NCBI GenBank assembly: GCA_036170655.1
Contig: JAVHPP010000178.1
Coordinates: 1 to 25,345 of the forward strand
Direction: 5' to 3'
DNA: 25,345 bases
Origin: Candidatus Zixiibacteriota bacterium
Lineage (GTDB): Bacteria; Zixibacteria; MSB-5A5; WJJR01
Shown here: positions 7,255 through 15,679 of the stretch, piece by piece
How positions within the stretch are numbered: position 1 is the stretch's first letter
Layout of the letters: every line of letters starts with the position of its first letter
The notes under the pieces: generated by a model
Told to the model about the DNA's origin: nothing
The model's database searches: none
Seen by the model: only the letters and a program-made list of their open reading frames with translations
Program-made: the position numbers and the translations under genes

Positions 7255-7947
7255 CTGCAGAAAGAGAAAATCAATCACCCCTGGAATCTCTCGCTGCGGC
7301 GCGCGGCGATGTTGCAGACTGAACTGGCTGCGTATGTCGCCCTGTGCCCTCTCAAATCACAACCCGTGATCGTGGCCGGGATCGATACGGCCGAATGGAA
7401 CAGCCACATATTCGTTGCAGTTGTCGTGATGAACGCGAAGACCGCGCAGGTTGTCGAGATCACATGTAATCATGGGTTTGCCCGCTTCGGATCTGCCCCC
7501 GGATACCAGGCCTTTCGGCACGGGCCAACCATCCTGCGTGTGATCCGGCAGTTGCGTTATGAGCCCGAGCTGTTTTTCTTCGCCGGTCAGGGCGCATGCC
7601 ATCCCCGTTTTTTCGGGATCGCGTCACATCTGGGACTGCGCATCGACCGGCCGTCGATCGGCTGTTCTAAGGAGCGATTCGTTGGGCATTATGATCCTTC
7701 GGGCCCGAAGCGCGGCGACTATTCGGTCATCCGTTTTTCGCCCCAAGCGCCCGGCGTTGTGCTGAGGACGCAGACCGGAATCAACCCGATTTTTGTCTCG
7801 CCGGGGCATCGGATCGACCTCTTGGGATCGATTGAACAGACACTTCGTTTCGCCAGCAAATTCAGTCTGCCGGAGCCACTGCGTCGTGCGCACATCGAAG
7901 CAGGCCGTTATATGCGCACGTACCGAGAGGAACACGGACTGACCTAA
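7255..7947 (+). CDS. nfi: endonuclease V homologue with substituted catalytic residues; probable CTG start
   Basis: HPWNLS, VAGID, GQGACHPRFFGIASHLG, PSIGCSK, PIFVSPGHRI and LPEPLRRAH are EndoV-family motifs. The conserved HPWNLS lies upstream of the track's ATG 7309, and an in-frame CTG at 7255 sits 6 nt after GAGGAG. Confidence 0.88.
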   Translation: MQKEKINHPWNLSLRRAAMLQTELAAYVALCPLKSQPVIVAGIDTAEWNSHIFVAVVVMNAKTAQVVEITCNHGFARFGSAPGYQAFRHGPTILRVIRQLRYEPELFFFAGQGACHPRFFGIASHLGLRIDRPSIGCSKERFVGHYDPSGPKRGDYSVIRFSPQAPGVVLRTQTGINPIFVSPGHRIDLLGSIEQTLRFASKFSLPEPLRRAHIEAGRYMRTYREEHGLT

Positions 7948-7973
7948 TCACATTGGCTGGTCGCTCAGGCAGC

Positions 7974-10900
7974 CTACTCCGGCGGACTCTGATAGGCGGC
8001 TGAAGCGGTCAACCGCGCAAGGCAGTCCCTCAGTTCGTCGATCGGGAACGGAATCTGCAAGAGATGGTCGCAACGGGGATCATCCGACAGGTCATCCGCG
8101 CGATCATCGGACAGAATCACGATGGGCACCGACCCGGCCTCTTCCCTCAGCCATCCGGCCAGCTGCCATCCCATGTCTTCCGGGGCCGTCGTGTTGATAA
8201 TGGCCAGATCGATGTAGTGATCGACGGCATGCAATTGAGCGTCATCCTCTTCGTCAGTCAGCCAGGCCTTGTGCCCAAGCGACTCGAGCATACCGACGAT
8301 CAAATCGCCCACTGATCGTGCGTAGTCAAAGACCAGAACTTCGAGCGGCTGCGCCGGGTTTTCTGAGCGGACAGGTCTCACGTCGCGCCCGGGAGTTGAC
8401 TTTCCGAAAACGGGATCTTCGACTTGGGATGGATCATCAAAAAGAAGTTCCAGTCCCAGACGGTCGCCGTCACGAGTCAGCCAGCGGGCGATGACGGGGA
8501 AAAGCGCCGCCGGACGGATGGCCATCGCGGATCGCGAATGTGGTGCGTCGTGGTCGGTGAAGATCGTATCACCGACAGCCGCCAATTCCATGTCGGTGGG
8601 CGGGGGCGCCTCGCCGCTGCGGACAAGGCGCAGGATCGTGTGGCCGCTATCGCTGCGCGTCGAGACAGCGAATTCATTCGCACTCGGGTCCGTGGCGCGG
8701 CACATGTGCCGGCCATGTTCAAGAACTCGCAGCAACCATGGACCTTCGACCGGCATGTCGGAGCGCGCCGAAAGATCAAGACGCAGCGCATCCTCGGTCT
8801 GCGTCGCCGCCCAGTTCAAGATCACGTGATTCAACTCCGTGGGGATGTCCGAATCCGGTTCCATCCCGAAAGCAAAATCTTCAACCGGAGCAGGAGGCGC
8901 CGAATCGGAGCCGCGCGGGTCGGTTACTGGAGTCTCGACCGCCGTTGCGGGGACAACTGCGAAGGGTGAGCCCCCGGTCGGAGCGTCACCTGTCTGTCCT
9001 TCCGTTCCGGGTGTTCCTGCGCTCTCGTACGGCCCGGACGCAGAATCTGTCTGGACCTCTGTGTCAGCGATGACCGCCGCCAACAAACCCACCCAACGGG
9101 CCACATCGTCGACCTGTTCATCGGTGACAACTGGCGACTCGTCGAAACCGAATGCGGTGATCCATCCCGTTTCGTTCTGAGCCGACCGGGACCAAGGCCA
9201 GCTGATCGCCCACACGGGCTGGCGTTTCTCTCCCCAATGGGCACGCCATCTCCACACGTGTTCCTGCGAATGAAGCGCCTCGACCTCGGCCCATCGCTCG
9301 GGCCCAGTCAGTCGTGTGGCGCCTTCGGCCGGGATTGTTTGAACCTCGAAGGACCACGGGGACAAATCGGCGCAGGTTGACGCAATTCCGTCCGCATCCA
9401 TCCACACCAAAAGACGGTCGTTCGCATCGCCATCACGTTTCCATAGGTACAATTCGACCCGTCCAGGCAGATTGCGGGCAAGGGCATGGAGGAGTTCGTT
9501 CTGCTGGCGGAAACCGGGAGTGAGCGCCAGAACATTCCGCACACCGTCAAGAATCGCGCCATACCGAGTCTCGAAAATGTTGAGTTCCCGCCGCAGGTTC
9601 AGCCGTTCTTCCACGCGTTCGCGGTGGGTCTGTTCCTCAAAGGCAGCACGCTCCGCACGCACGACATGCAGTTCATCTTCGAGAGCCTGCAAACCCTGAC
9701 GTTGAGTCAACGCGTCGTCTTCAAGCCGCTGGACCGTCTCCTGCGCCTGGCGACGCTCTGTGGCCAGAATTCCCTGCAAGTGTGCCTCAGCCTCGGCGGC
9801 GGCCGATTGCTCAGTGTCAAGCTGCGCGGCGAACTGACGCTCGCGTTCGGACAGTGTGAGACGAGATGCCTGCAGCTCGCGCACGACAGACTCGCGGTCG
9901 GCGCGCGCGTCCTGCAGTTCGCGTTCGAGGTGAGCAATTGCCTCAGTCGCGGACTGGCGCTCTGCTTCCAGTACGCCGTGATGATGGGCATCCGCTTCCG
10001 CCGCTGCCTGGCGCGCAGCCGCGAGATGTGCTGACATCTGCTTCTCGCGCTCGTCCAATTGCAGACGCGTGGCATGAAGTTCCTGTTCCAAGTACTGGCG
10101 GTCGCGTTGCGCCTCGCGCCGCCCGGTGTCGATCTGGACCGTCAACTCAGCAACCATTGTCTCGTGTCTCTGTCGCTCCGTCTCGATCAGAGATTCCAGA
10201 CCGGCAACGGTCTGCTGCGCCGAGACCAGCGCCTGCTCCCGTTGACGAACATTCTCCTCCGCTTGCTGCAGTTGGGCCTGCAGTTTCTCGATATGGCCCT
10301 GCGCACGCGACAGTTCCTCATTGTGGGTGGCAACGAGATGCTCTTCGCGACGACGGGCTTCCTCGAGTTCGGTCTGACGGTCGCGCTGAAACTGATCCAG
10401 CCGCCGTCCCCCGTCGGTGCGCTCATTCTCGAGACGGCGTTCGGCCATGTCGAGGTTTCGGCGAGCCTCTTCGAGACGTTCCTGCAACTGCCCAACACGT
10501 TCCTTTTCGGCAGCGGCCAGCACAGCAGCGCGTGTCTCAAAATCGATGCGCGCACGTTCGACTTCCTCTCTGGCTTTTGCTTCGGTGTCAGCCAGACGCT
10601 GTGATAGCGTAACTTCGAGAGATTTTCTTTCCTCAGACCAGGCCGCCATCTGTTCCACGAAACGCCGTTCGCTGGCTTCCTGTTGCCGGCGGACATCTTC
10701 ACGGTCACGTTCCCATTCGGCATGCGTGCTGTCAAGTTGCTGGCGTGCGGCTTCGAGCTGGCGGGTGATGCGCGCTTCGGCAATCACGGCGGCAACATAG
10801 TCGGATGCAGCATAAAGACGGCGGGCACGGTCATCATCGAAGCGAAGACCGGAGCGGTCCGCCAGAATTATGGCGCCCAGAACCTGGCGGCCTGGTGAAC

Positions 10901-11591
10901 CGATGGCGCCGCTGGTGAGGGGAAGACCCAGGATCGACTGGACCCCTTCGGCTTCCCACTCCGGAAAGAAGAGGCGGATTTCTTCTGGCCCGGTGAACAG
11001 ACGCGCCTTGTGCGCGACACTCAGGCGATCAAATCCCGTCCCGGTACCCCTCACCGATTCGGTCTGTTGGCGGAGCTTTTCCGACATATTTGCCCATCCA
11101 GTCAGCACCCACTCGCCTTTGCCCGGATTGTAGAGCCACAAGCCGCCGTAGTCAGCGCCCGCGGCCCGCACCATTTCCTTGAGGGAGAAATCCAGGACTT
11201 CCAGAAAAGCGTACGGCTGCGCCGCGATGTCGCGCAGGGTGTCGAAGAGGTCGAATCCGGCGCGAACATCGTCGAGACGTTCTCGCTCTGCCGACAGTTC
11301 GCGAAGGCGCTCGATGGCGCCGGCCAAAACCAACCCCATTCCCACTGCGGCGCTGAACGAAGCGCTCACCTGCCAGAGCAGGAGCCGGCCCATGGCCGCA
11401 GGGTCAGCAACGTAAGCCCAGTGCCATCCCGCTGTTGCCAGACCGGACAGGAGATAGAGGATGAGTCCGGCGTAGACTTTACGCCAGCCCAGGAATCCCA
11501 ATGTCCAATACCGTTCGTGTGAACGCAGTGCAACAAATAACAGCACAACTGCGACAGCAAGCGGCGTCAAACCAAAGATGACAGCGTCCAT
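7974..11591 (-). CDS. large membrane-anchored GAF / long coiled-coil / pseudo-receiver protein (1205 aa)
   Basis: Start at MDAVIFG (ATG 11591, AAGGGGAG upstream). About three N-terminal hydrophobic helices, a GAF-like segment (YGGLWLY...SILGLPL...VLGAIILAD...FDDDRARRL), about 400 aa of E/R/Q/A-rich coiled coil, and a C-terminal receiver-like fold. Confidence 0.85.
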   Translation of the reverse strand: MDAVIFGLTPLAVAVVLLFVALRSHERYWTLGFLGWRKVYAGLILYLLSGLATAGWHWAYVADPAAMGRLLLWQVSASFSAAVGMGLVLAGAIERLRELSAERERLDDVRAGFDLFDTLRDIAAQPYAFLEVLDFSLKEMVRAAGADYGGLWLYNPGKGEWVLTGWANMSEKLRQQTESVRGTGTGFDRLSVAHKARLFTGPEEIRLFFPEWEAEGVQSILGLPLTSGAIGSPGRQVLGAIILADRSGLRFDDDRARRLYAASDYVAAVIAEARITRQLEAARQQLDSTHAEWERDREDVRRQQEASERRFVEQMAAWSEERKSLEVTLSQRLADTEAKAREEVERARIDFETRAAVLAAAEKERVGQLQERLEEARRNLDMAERRLENERTDGGRRLDQFQRDRQTELEEARRREEHLVATHNEELSRAQGHIEKLQAQLQQAEENVRQREQALVSAQQTVAGLESLIETERQRHETMVAELTVQIDTGRREAQRDRQYLEQELHATRLQLDEREKQMSAHLAAARQAAAEADAHHHGVLEAERQSATEAIAHLERELQDARADRESVVRELQASRLTLSERERQFAAQLDTEQSAAAEAEAHLQGILATERRQAQETVQRLEDDALTQRQGLQALEDELHVVRAERAAFEEQTHRERVEERLNLRRELNIFETRYGAILDGVRNVLALTPGFRQQNELLHALARNLPGRVELYLWKRDGDANDRLLVWMDADGIASTCADLSPWSFEVQTIPAEGATRLTGPERWAEVEALHSQEHVWRWRAHWGEKRQPVWAISWPWSRSAQNETGWITAFGFDESPVVTDEQVDDVARWVGLLAAVIADTEVQTDSASGPYESAGTPGTEGQTGDAPTGGSPFAVVPATAVETPVTDPRGSDSAPPAPVEDFAFGMEPDSDIPTELNHVILNWAATQTEDALRLDLSARSDMPVEGPWLLRVLEHGRHMCRATDPSANEFAVSTRSDSGHTILRLVRSGEAPPPTDMELAAVGDTIFTDHDAPHSRSAMAIRPAALFPVIARWLTRDGDRLGLELLFDDPSQVEDPVFGKSTPGRDVRPVRSENPAQPLEVLVFDYARSVGDLIVGMLESLGHKAWLTDEEDDAQLHAVDHYIDLAIINTTAPEDMGWQLAGWLREEAGSVPIVILSDDRADDLSDDPRCDHLLQIPFPIDELRDCLARLTASAAYQSPPE

Positions 11592-11657
11592 TTGTTTTCT
11601 CGCTCCCCTTACACGTGTCCGGCGGGTAACAACCCGGTAACAATTAACGACGCGAGT

Positions 11658-11686
11658 GTTGTAAGACAACGGCGCAAAACTGTCAA
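11658..11686 (-). promoter_or_regulatory. sigma70-type promoter of the large coiled-coil gene
   Basis: TTGACA-17 nt-TACAAC about 65 nt upstream of ATG 11591. Confidence 0.55.
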
Positions 11687-11760
11687 GAGAAAACCCAGAG
11701 GTCGCCGCGAATTTGCCCAAAGCGGCTACGGGAGAAGAAATCGCGCCTCTCGATGAATCT

Positions 11761-11790
11761 TTGGCGGGAAAATCGCGTCTTATGTATACT
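11761..11790 (+). promoter_or_regulatory. possible sigma70-type promoter
   Basis: TTGGCG-18 nt-TATACT about 60 nt upstream of ATG 11850. Confidence 0.4.
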
Positions 11791-11849
11791 GTTGAACGTG
11801 CCCAACCGGCTGACGTGTCGTGGGGCGCGCGGCCACTAAGGAGATTGTC

Positions 11850-12107
11850 ATGAGCGCCAGGAAAGATGGAAAATGGAGCGGACGGCACGGTAGGCTGGTG
11901 GAGGGGATCATTTTGATCGGCGTCGGACTGATCTTCCTGCTTTCCAACCTCGACATTATTCCGGGTATCGGAGAAGTTTGGCCGCTTTTTCTCATCGTCG
12001 TGGGGTTCGCGTTGTTTGCCGGCGCCTTTGACCGGAGAAGCTCTGGCACCTGTGCCAGTTCACCGGGCGAGCCTGACCCGACACAACCCCCACCCAGCCC
12101 GCAGTGA
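11850..12107 (+). CDS. small two-TM membrane protein (LiaI/LiaF-TM / DUF5668-like)
   Basis: AAGGAG SD then ATG 11850; GIILIGVGLIFLLSNL...WPLFLIVVGFALF is the characteristic pattern. The stop overlaps the next start (GTGA). Confidence 0.8.
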   Translation: MSARKDGKWSGRHGRLVEGIILIGVGLIFLLSNLDIIPGIGEVWPLFLIVVGFALFAGAFDRRSSGTCASSPGEPDPTQPPPSPQ

Positions 12108-12901
12108 CTTTCGATCACGATTTAGTTCCGGCAGATCCGTCAGAATCCCCGGATTCGATCTCAGAGCAGAGTGCGCGTACGGTCGCATCCGGCGCTCTTG
12201 TACCGGTCGCCAAAGTCCCGTTGTGGCGGCGCGTTTATGTCTGGGTAATCTTCGTCACGCTTCTGGCCGGCTGGCCACTGGCCGCATTGCTGAGCGCCTC
12301 GGGAAACTTTCAACAGCTGGCGTCGTATGTGGCCTCGGCACGGGTGTCGGTCTACATCAACACCGGACTGATGTTGTGGCTGATGTTCTTCCTGATCTGG
12401 TCGGCACAGCGTGCCGGACGGACACCCTTCAGGGATATTGGATTTGCGGCCCCGCGCATGAGCGACCCGTTGATCGCGCTCGGTTTTCTGATCGGGGCGA
12501 ATCTGATTTTGAATGTTCTGGCTTGGGCTCTGAAGTCGGCGGGGATGGCAGTGCCGCAAGAGGCTGTTCTGGCTCTGTTGCCCGTCAGCGCGATCGAAAA
12601 GATCCTCTGGGTGCTGCTGTCCATTTCCGCCGGTATCTGCGAGGAGAGCTGCTTCCGCGGATTTCTGCTAACACAGGGCTCACGGTTTACCCGTCGGCTG
12701 TGGCTGGTCGTGCTGGCCAGCTCCTTGGCTTTTGGCGTCGGCCATCTGTATCAAGGCATCGCGGGGGCGATGCTGATCGTCGTGTATGGGCTGATGTTCT
12801 GCTGGCTGAGGCTGCGACGACAGAGTCTATGGCCCGGCATCTGGGCACACATCTGGCAGGACCTGGCGGCAATGGCATTGGGGCAATGGACAGGGTATTA
12901 G
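12104..12901 (+). CDS. CPBP-family (type II CAAX/Abi) intramembrane glutamic protease
   Basis: Multiple TM helices with motifs CEESCFRG (EExxxR), FGVGH (FxxxH) and HIWQD. Confidence 0.92.
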   Translation: MTFDHDLVPADPSESPDSISEQSARTVASGALVPVAKVPLWRRVYVWVIFVTLLAGWPLAALLSASGNFQQLASYVASARVSVYINTGLMLWLMFFLIWSAQRAGRTPFRDIGFAAPRMSDPLIALGFLIGANLILNVLAWALKSAGMAVPQEAVLALLPVSAIEKILWVLLSISAGICEESCFRGFLLTQGSRFTRRLWLVVLASSLAFGVGHLYQGIAGAMLIVVYGLMFCWLRLRRQSLWPGIWAHIWQDLAAMALGQWTGY

Positions 12902-12954
12902 ATGGCGGTCGCCTGCCGTGACCGTTTCGCAATTCTTGCCCGTGCCGAGGGGGT

Positions 12955-12978
12955 GGGCACGGCAAGCCGTTCCCCTAC
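12955..12978 (-). repeat. GTAG-family REP palindrome
   Basis: Minus strand gtaggggaacggcttgccgtgccc, near-identical to the copies at 24988-25011 and 25041-25064; lies between convergent genes. Confidence 0.8.
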
Positions 12979-13044
12979 ACATGATGAGCAAGGACTGGGT
13001 CAATACGACGAACAGCCGGGCGGATTACTGCACTCACTTGACCG

Positions 13045-14520
13045 CTATGGATAACAGACGGGTGCTACGGGCAGTGCCGCACCGTTGAAAACCACGTCGA
13101 TCAGGGCGACAATATCGAGGATGTCGAACACGCGGTTCCGATCCAGATCGCCAGACCAGTACGGGACAGGGAAGTTCACGGACCCGTTGAAGATGACATC
13201 GATCAACTGGACGACATCGAGCACATCCCAGGCGCCATCGTGGTTGCAGTCGCCGACGAGGTAATTCGGAACCAGACGGAGCGACCATGCACCCACCGGC
13301 ACATTGACGACCGTGTCTTTTGTCTCGTATCCTGTTTTCGCGGCCTGCAGACGCAGCCGGCCGAGTGTCATACCGGCCAGCGAGAAGGACCCATGCGATG
13401 TGGCGGGTGTCTGGGGTGAGCCCGGCAGTTCGGGGGCGGTGATCAGGATACCCGACGTGTCGGGATCGCCGTCACAGGGGGACGCGGTTCCTGCGACCGT
13501 AAAGAAATTCGCCGTATTCACCGACATGCTGTCGGCGGTGACATTGCCGCCGCGATCATACGCCGTCACCTTCACCCACCAGGGACCGTTGTTGAAGTTC
13601 TCGGTGTGCCACGCGGCGGCGGCATCGGACGACTCGATCACCGAATCGCCGTCCGTATTGGTGACAATGAAATAGTAGTCGCGGGTGTTGTAGTCACCAT
13701 AGGTGTTATAGGTGGCATCGTCCTGGTAAACCACGTTCACGTTCTGCTCCCAGTACAGCTGTCCCGTGAAGATGACCGAGGTGATGGGGCCAGTCGAAAA
13801 CGTATCGTTGTAGACCTGATACGTGATGCGGTAGGGCGCGAGCTGCCAGGTGAGATGGCCGATTTTGTCGTCGATCCGGGCGATAATGTCGATCGGGCCG
13901 GAGAGCGTGCTGCTCACCGGCAGATAGGCATGCGAGTTGTTGGGAAAGAACGCAAACGGCACCCCGCCATTCACCATGTTGAAGACCGGAGGATCGTTGT
14001 CGGTGACATCGGAAAGTTCATCGAGCGGATTGGCAATGAAAGCCCAGTTGGATGACCACGGAAAACCGACGTTGCGGATCTTCACGAAATGGCAATGGTG
14101 AAAGTTGGCCACCGGCCAGAAGACGAGGTCGCCGAGGTAAGTCCCTTCGGTGACATAGTCCCCGGGCATCACTTGGATGGTCGGCTGATCGAGATGGGCG
14201 TAGAGCCACCCGTCGCATGCCGAAGTCCCGGCGGAGTCGCCGATCGCCACGCGCCAGTGGAGATCGGCGGAGGTTGTCAAGACGGCTTTCACATATCCCG
14301 TCTTGACAGCATAGACGGGCTGCCCCGGATCCCCGAAAACGTCGATGCCCGGATGCAGGTAAGGCGTGCCACCATAGGCCTGATACTCGCCATACGAATT
14401 GCCCAACGGATGTGGTGTCGTCCGGGGATCAATCGGCCAATTGATGGCCAGCGCGACACCCCAGCCAGAGAGAACGAAGAGGGAGAGCAGTCCCACGATG
14501 CGAGGTTGGAGGGGTCTCAT
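13045..14520 (-). CDS. secreted M23-family metallopeptidase with beta-sandwich domains and C-terminal dockerin-like domain
   Basis: Signal peptide MRPLQPRIVGLLSLFVLSGWGVALA from ATG 14520; M23 motifs HPGID, YAHL and HHCH; duplicated Ca-binding repeats GDCNHDGAWDVLD and GDLDRNRVFDILD. Confidence 0.88.
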   Translation of the reverse strand: MRPLQPRIVGLLSLFVLSGWGVALAINWPIDPRTTPHPLGNSYGEYQAYGGTPYLHPGIDVFGDPGQPVYAVKTGYVKAVLTTSADLHWRVAIGDSAGTSACDGWLYAHLDQPTIQVMPGDYVTEGTYLGDLVFWPVANFHHCHFVKIRNVGFPWSSNWAFIANPLDELSDVTDNDPPVFNMVNGGVPFAFFPNNSHAYLPVSSTLSGPIDIIARIDDKIGHLTWQLAPYRITYQVYNDTFSTGPITSVIFTGQLYWEQNVNVVYQDDATYNTYGDYNTRDYYFIVTNTDGDSVIESSDAAAAWHTENFNNGPWWVKVTAYDRGGNVTADSMSVNTANFFTVAGTASPCDGDPDTSGILITAPELPGSPQTPATSHGSFSLAGMTLGRLRLQAAKTGYETKDTVVNVPVGAWSLRLVPNYLVGDCNHDGAWDVLDVVQLIDVIFNGSVNFPVPYWSGDLDRNRVFDILDIVALIDVVFNGAALPVAPVCYP

Positions 14521-14631
14521 GATCGTCCGTTCAGTCCCAGATCCTGCCCCGTGAAAAGATACATCATTCTGCCGAATAAACCAGACACAAATGGTTCCAC
14601 CGGATTCGGGAATGAGCCGGGCAGCGCTTCC

Positions 14632-14668
14632 CAAAATTAGAACGGCCCCGCGTTATCCGCGGGGCCGT
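14632..14668 (-). terminator. intrinsic terminator
   Basis: Perfect 11-bp stem acggccccgcg/cgcggggccgt (14642-14668) followed on the minus strand by TCTAATTTT. Confidence 0.7.
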
Positions 14669-14820
14669 CTCCCCCATTTTGCCGGGGCCTCCGTCCATCC
14701 TTGGGCGGTCAGCCCGGGTCGCTCACGATGTACGCATCCTGCACACAAGCCTGGCAGCCTGTTTGGTGCTCCTGCTCGGCATCATGGTGGGTCCCATACG
14801 CACGTTCGTCGCTCTCCCAG
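14632..14820 (-). ncRNA. candidate structured non-coding RNA (unassigned)
   Basis: Long irregular hairpin on the minus strand with G-U pairs (GUGCGUAU/AUGCGUAC, ACGA/UCGU, CAUGA/UUGUG, GCC-GCAG/CUGC-GGC). A possible extended -10 (TGgTATTAA) lies upstream and a terminator downstream; no convincing ORF. Confidence 0.35.
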
Positions 14821-15117
14821 TTTTAATACCATCTACGGTCAGAGATATTCCCGGGTTTCATGATCTTTTTTCAAATTCCGCCGATCTCATTGTCTTTCAG
14901 ACGCTTCGCCTGACGACGATGCCACCAGAAGATGGGTATTACAATCAAAGCAGTCACAAGCGATTAGACCAGATTGTATAGTCCCCGGCGGCGTTGGCCC
15001 TCGATCGTAATGGTGCGCCGTTCCTGCCAGGCCTCGTGCAATTCTTGCTCGGATTCTGCGTCGCCCATGACCGCGGTGTCTCTGGCGCTATCGGGACCGG
15101 GACGATAGGGGATGATG

Positions 15118-15606
15118 CTATGCCGACCGTTCGATATCGATGATATCGTAAGTCAGTTCACCGGCGGGAACGCGAATCACGACGCGTTCGCCTTTGGCCT
15201 TGCCAAGGAGTCCTTGACCAATCGGAGAACGAATCGAGATGCGGTCAAGATCCAAATCGGCCTCCTCGGCGGACACGAGCTGGTAGCGGATTTCTTCGCC
15301 GGTCTTGATATCACGCAACCGCACCACCGAGAGCAGGTACGCGTGATCGCTGTCGGCCTGCCCTTCCGGGATCGTCTTCACTCGCGTGAGCTTGTCCTCC
15401 AGTTCGGCGATTTTCCTCTCCAGCATGCCCTGATGTTCTTTGGCGGCATGGTACTCGGCATTTTCCGAGAGATCGCCCATGTCGCGGGCGCGTGAAATCT
15501 CGGAGATAATGCGCGGACGTTCGACGGTCTTGAGGCGTCGCAGTTCCAGCTGCATCTTGCGCTGACCCTCTGGTGTCAGGTAGATGTATCCTTCTGATCC
15601 GGTCAT
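15118..15606 (-). CDS. greA: transcription elongation factor GreA
   Basis: YLTPEG...ERPRII...ARDMGDLSENAEYHAAKE...ISIRSPIGQGLLGK. Confidence 0.97.
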   Translation of the reverse strand: MTGSEGYIYLTPEGQRKMQLELRRLKTVERPRIISEISRARDMGDLSENAEYHAAKEHQGMLERKIAELEDKLTRVKTIPEGQADSDHAYLLSVVRLRDIKTGEEIRYQLVSAEEADLDLDRISIRSPIGQGLLGKAKGERVVIRVPAGELTYDIIDIERSA

Positions 15607-15650
15607 GTTTGCATTCCCATTGCGTGAAATGGTGTCACGGCTTCCCCGAG

Positions 15651-15679
15651 AAGCTAATACCTGCCGGCCAAGCCGTCAA
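15651..15679 (-). promoter_or_regulatory. sigma70-type promoter of greA
   Basis: TTGACG-17 nt-TAGCTT about 45 nt upstream of the greA ATG. Confidence 0.6.

Noticed and set aside
11592..11888. 99-aa N-terminal extension of the 1304-aa ORF
   Set aside because: It spans divergent promoter elements and overlaps the plus-strand gene; the SD and promoter support ATG 11591.
12104..12901. Anti-phage role suggested by the 'Abi' family name
   Set aside because: CPBP/Abi proteases are widespread membrane proteases and there is no defence-island context here.
12016..12921. 301-aa alternative-frame ORF over the CPBP gene
   Set aside because: No motifs; the overlapping frame has all the CPBP signatures.
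14552..14578. Possible sigma28 promoter on the plus strand (TGAAAAGA-N11-GCCGAATA)
   Set aside because: Poor -35 match and no supported gene downstream on that strand.
14755..14820. Resemblance to a glycine riboswitch (GGAGAG...CCGA..GGAGCA)
   Set aside because: The spacing and the CUCUCAGG core do not fit, and no glycine-related gene follows.
14679..14981. 100-aa plus-strand ORF with a hydrophobic stretch
   Set aside because: TTG start without SD and no family resemblance; strand-specific G-U pairing and the terminator favour a minus-strand RNA.
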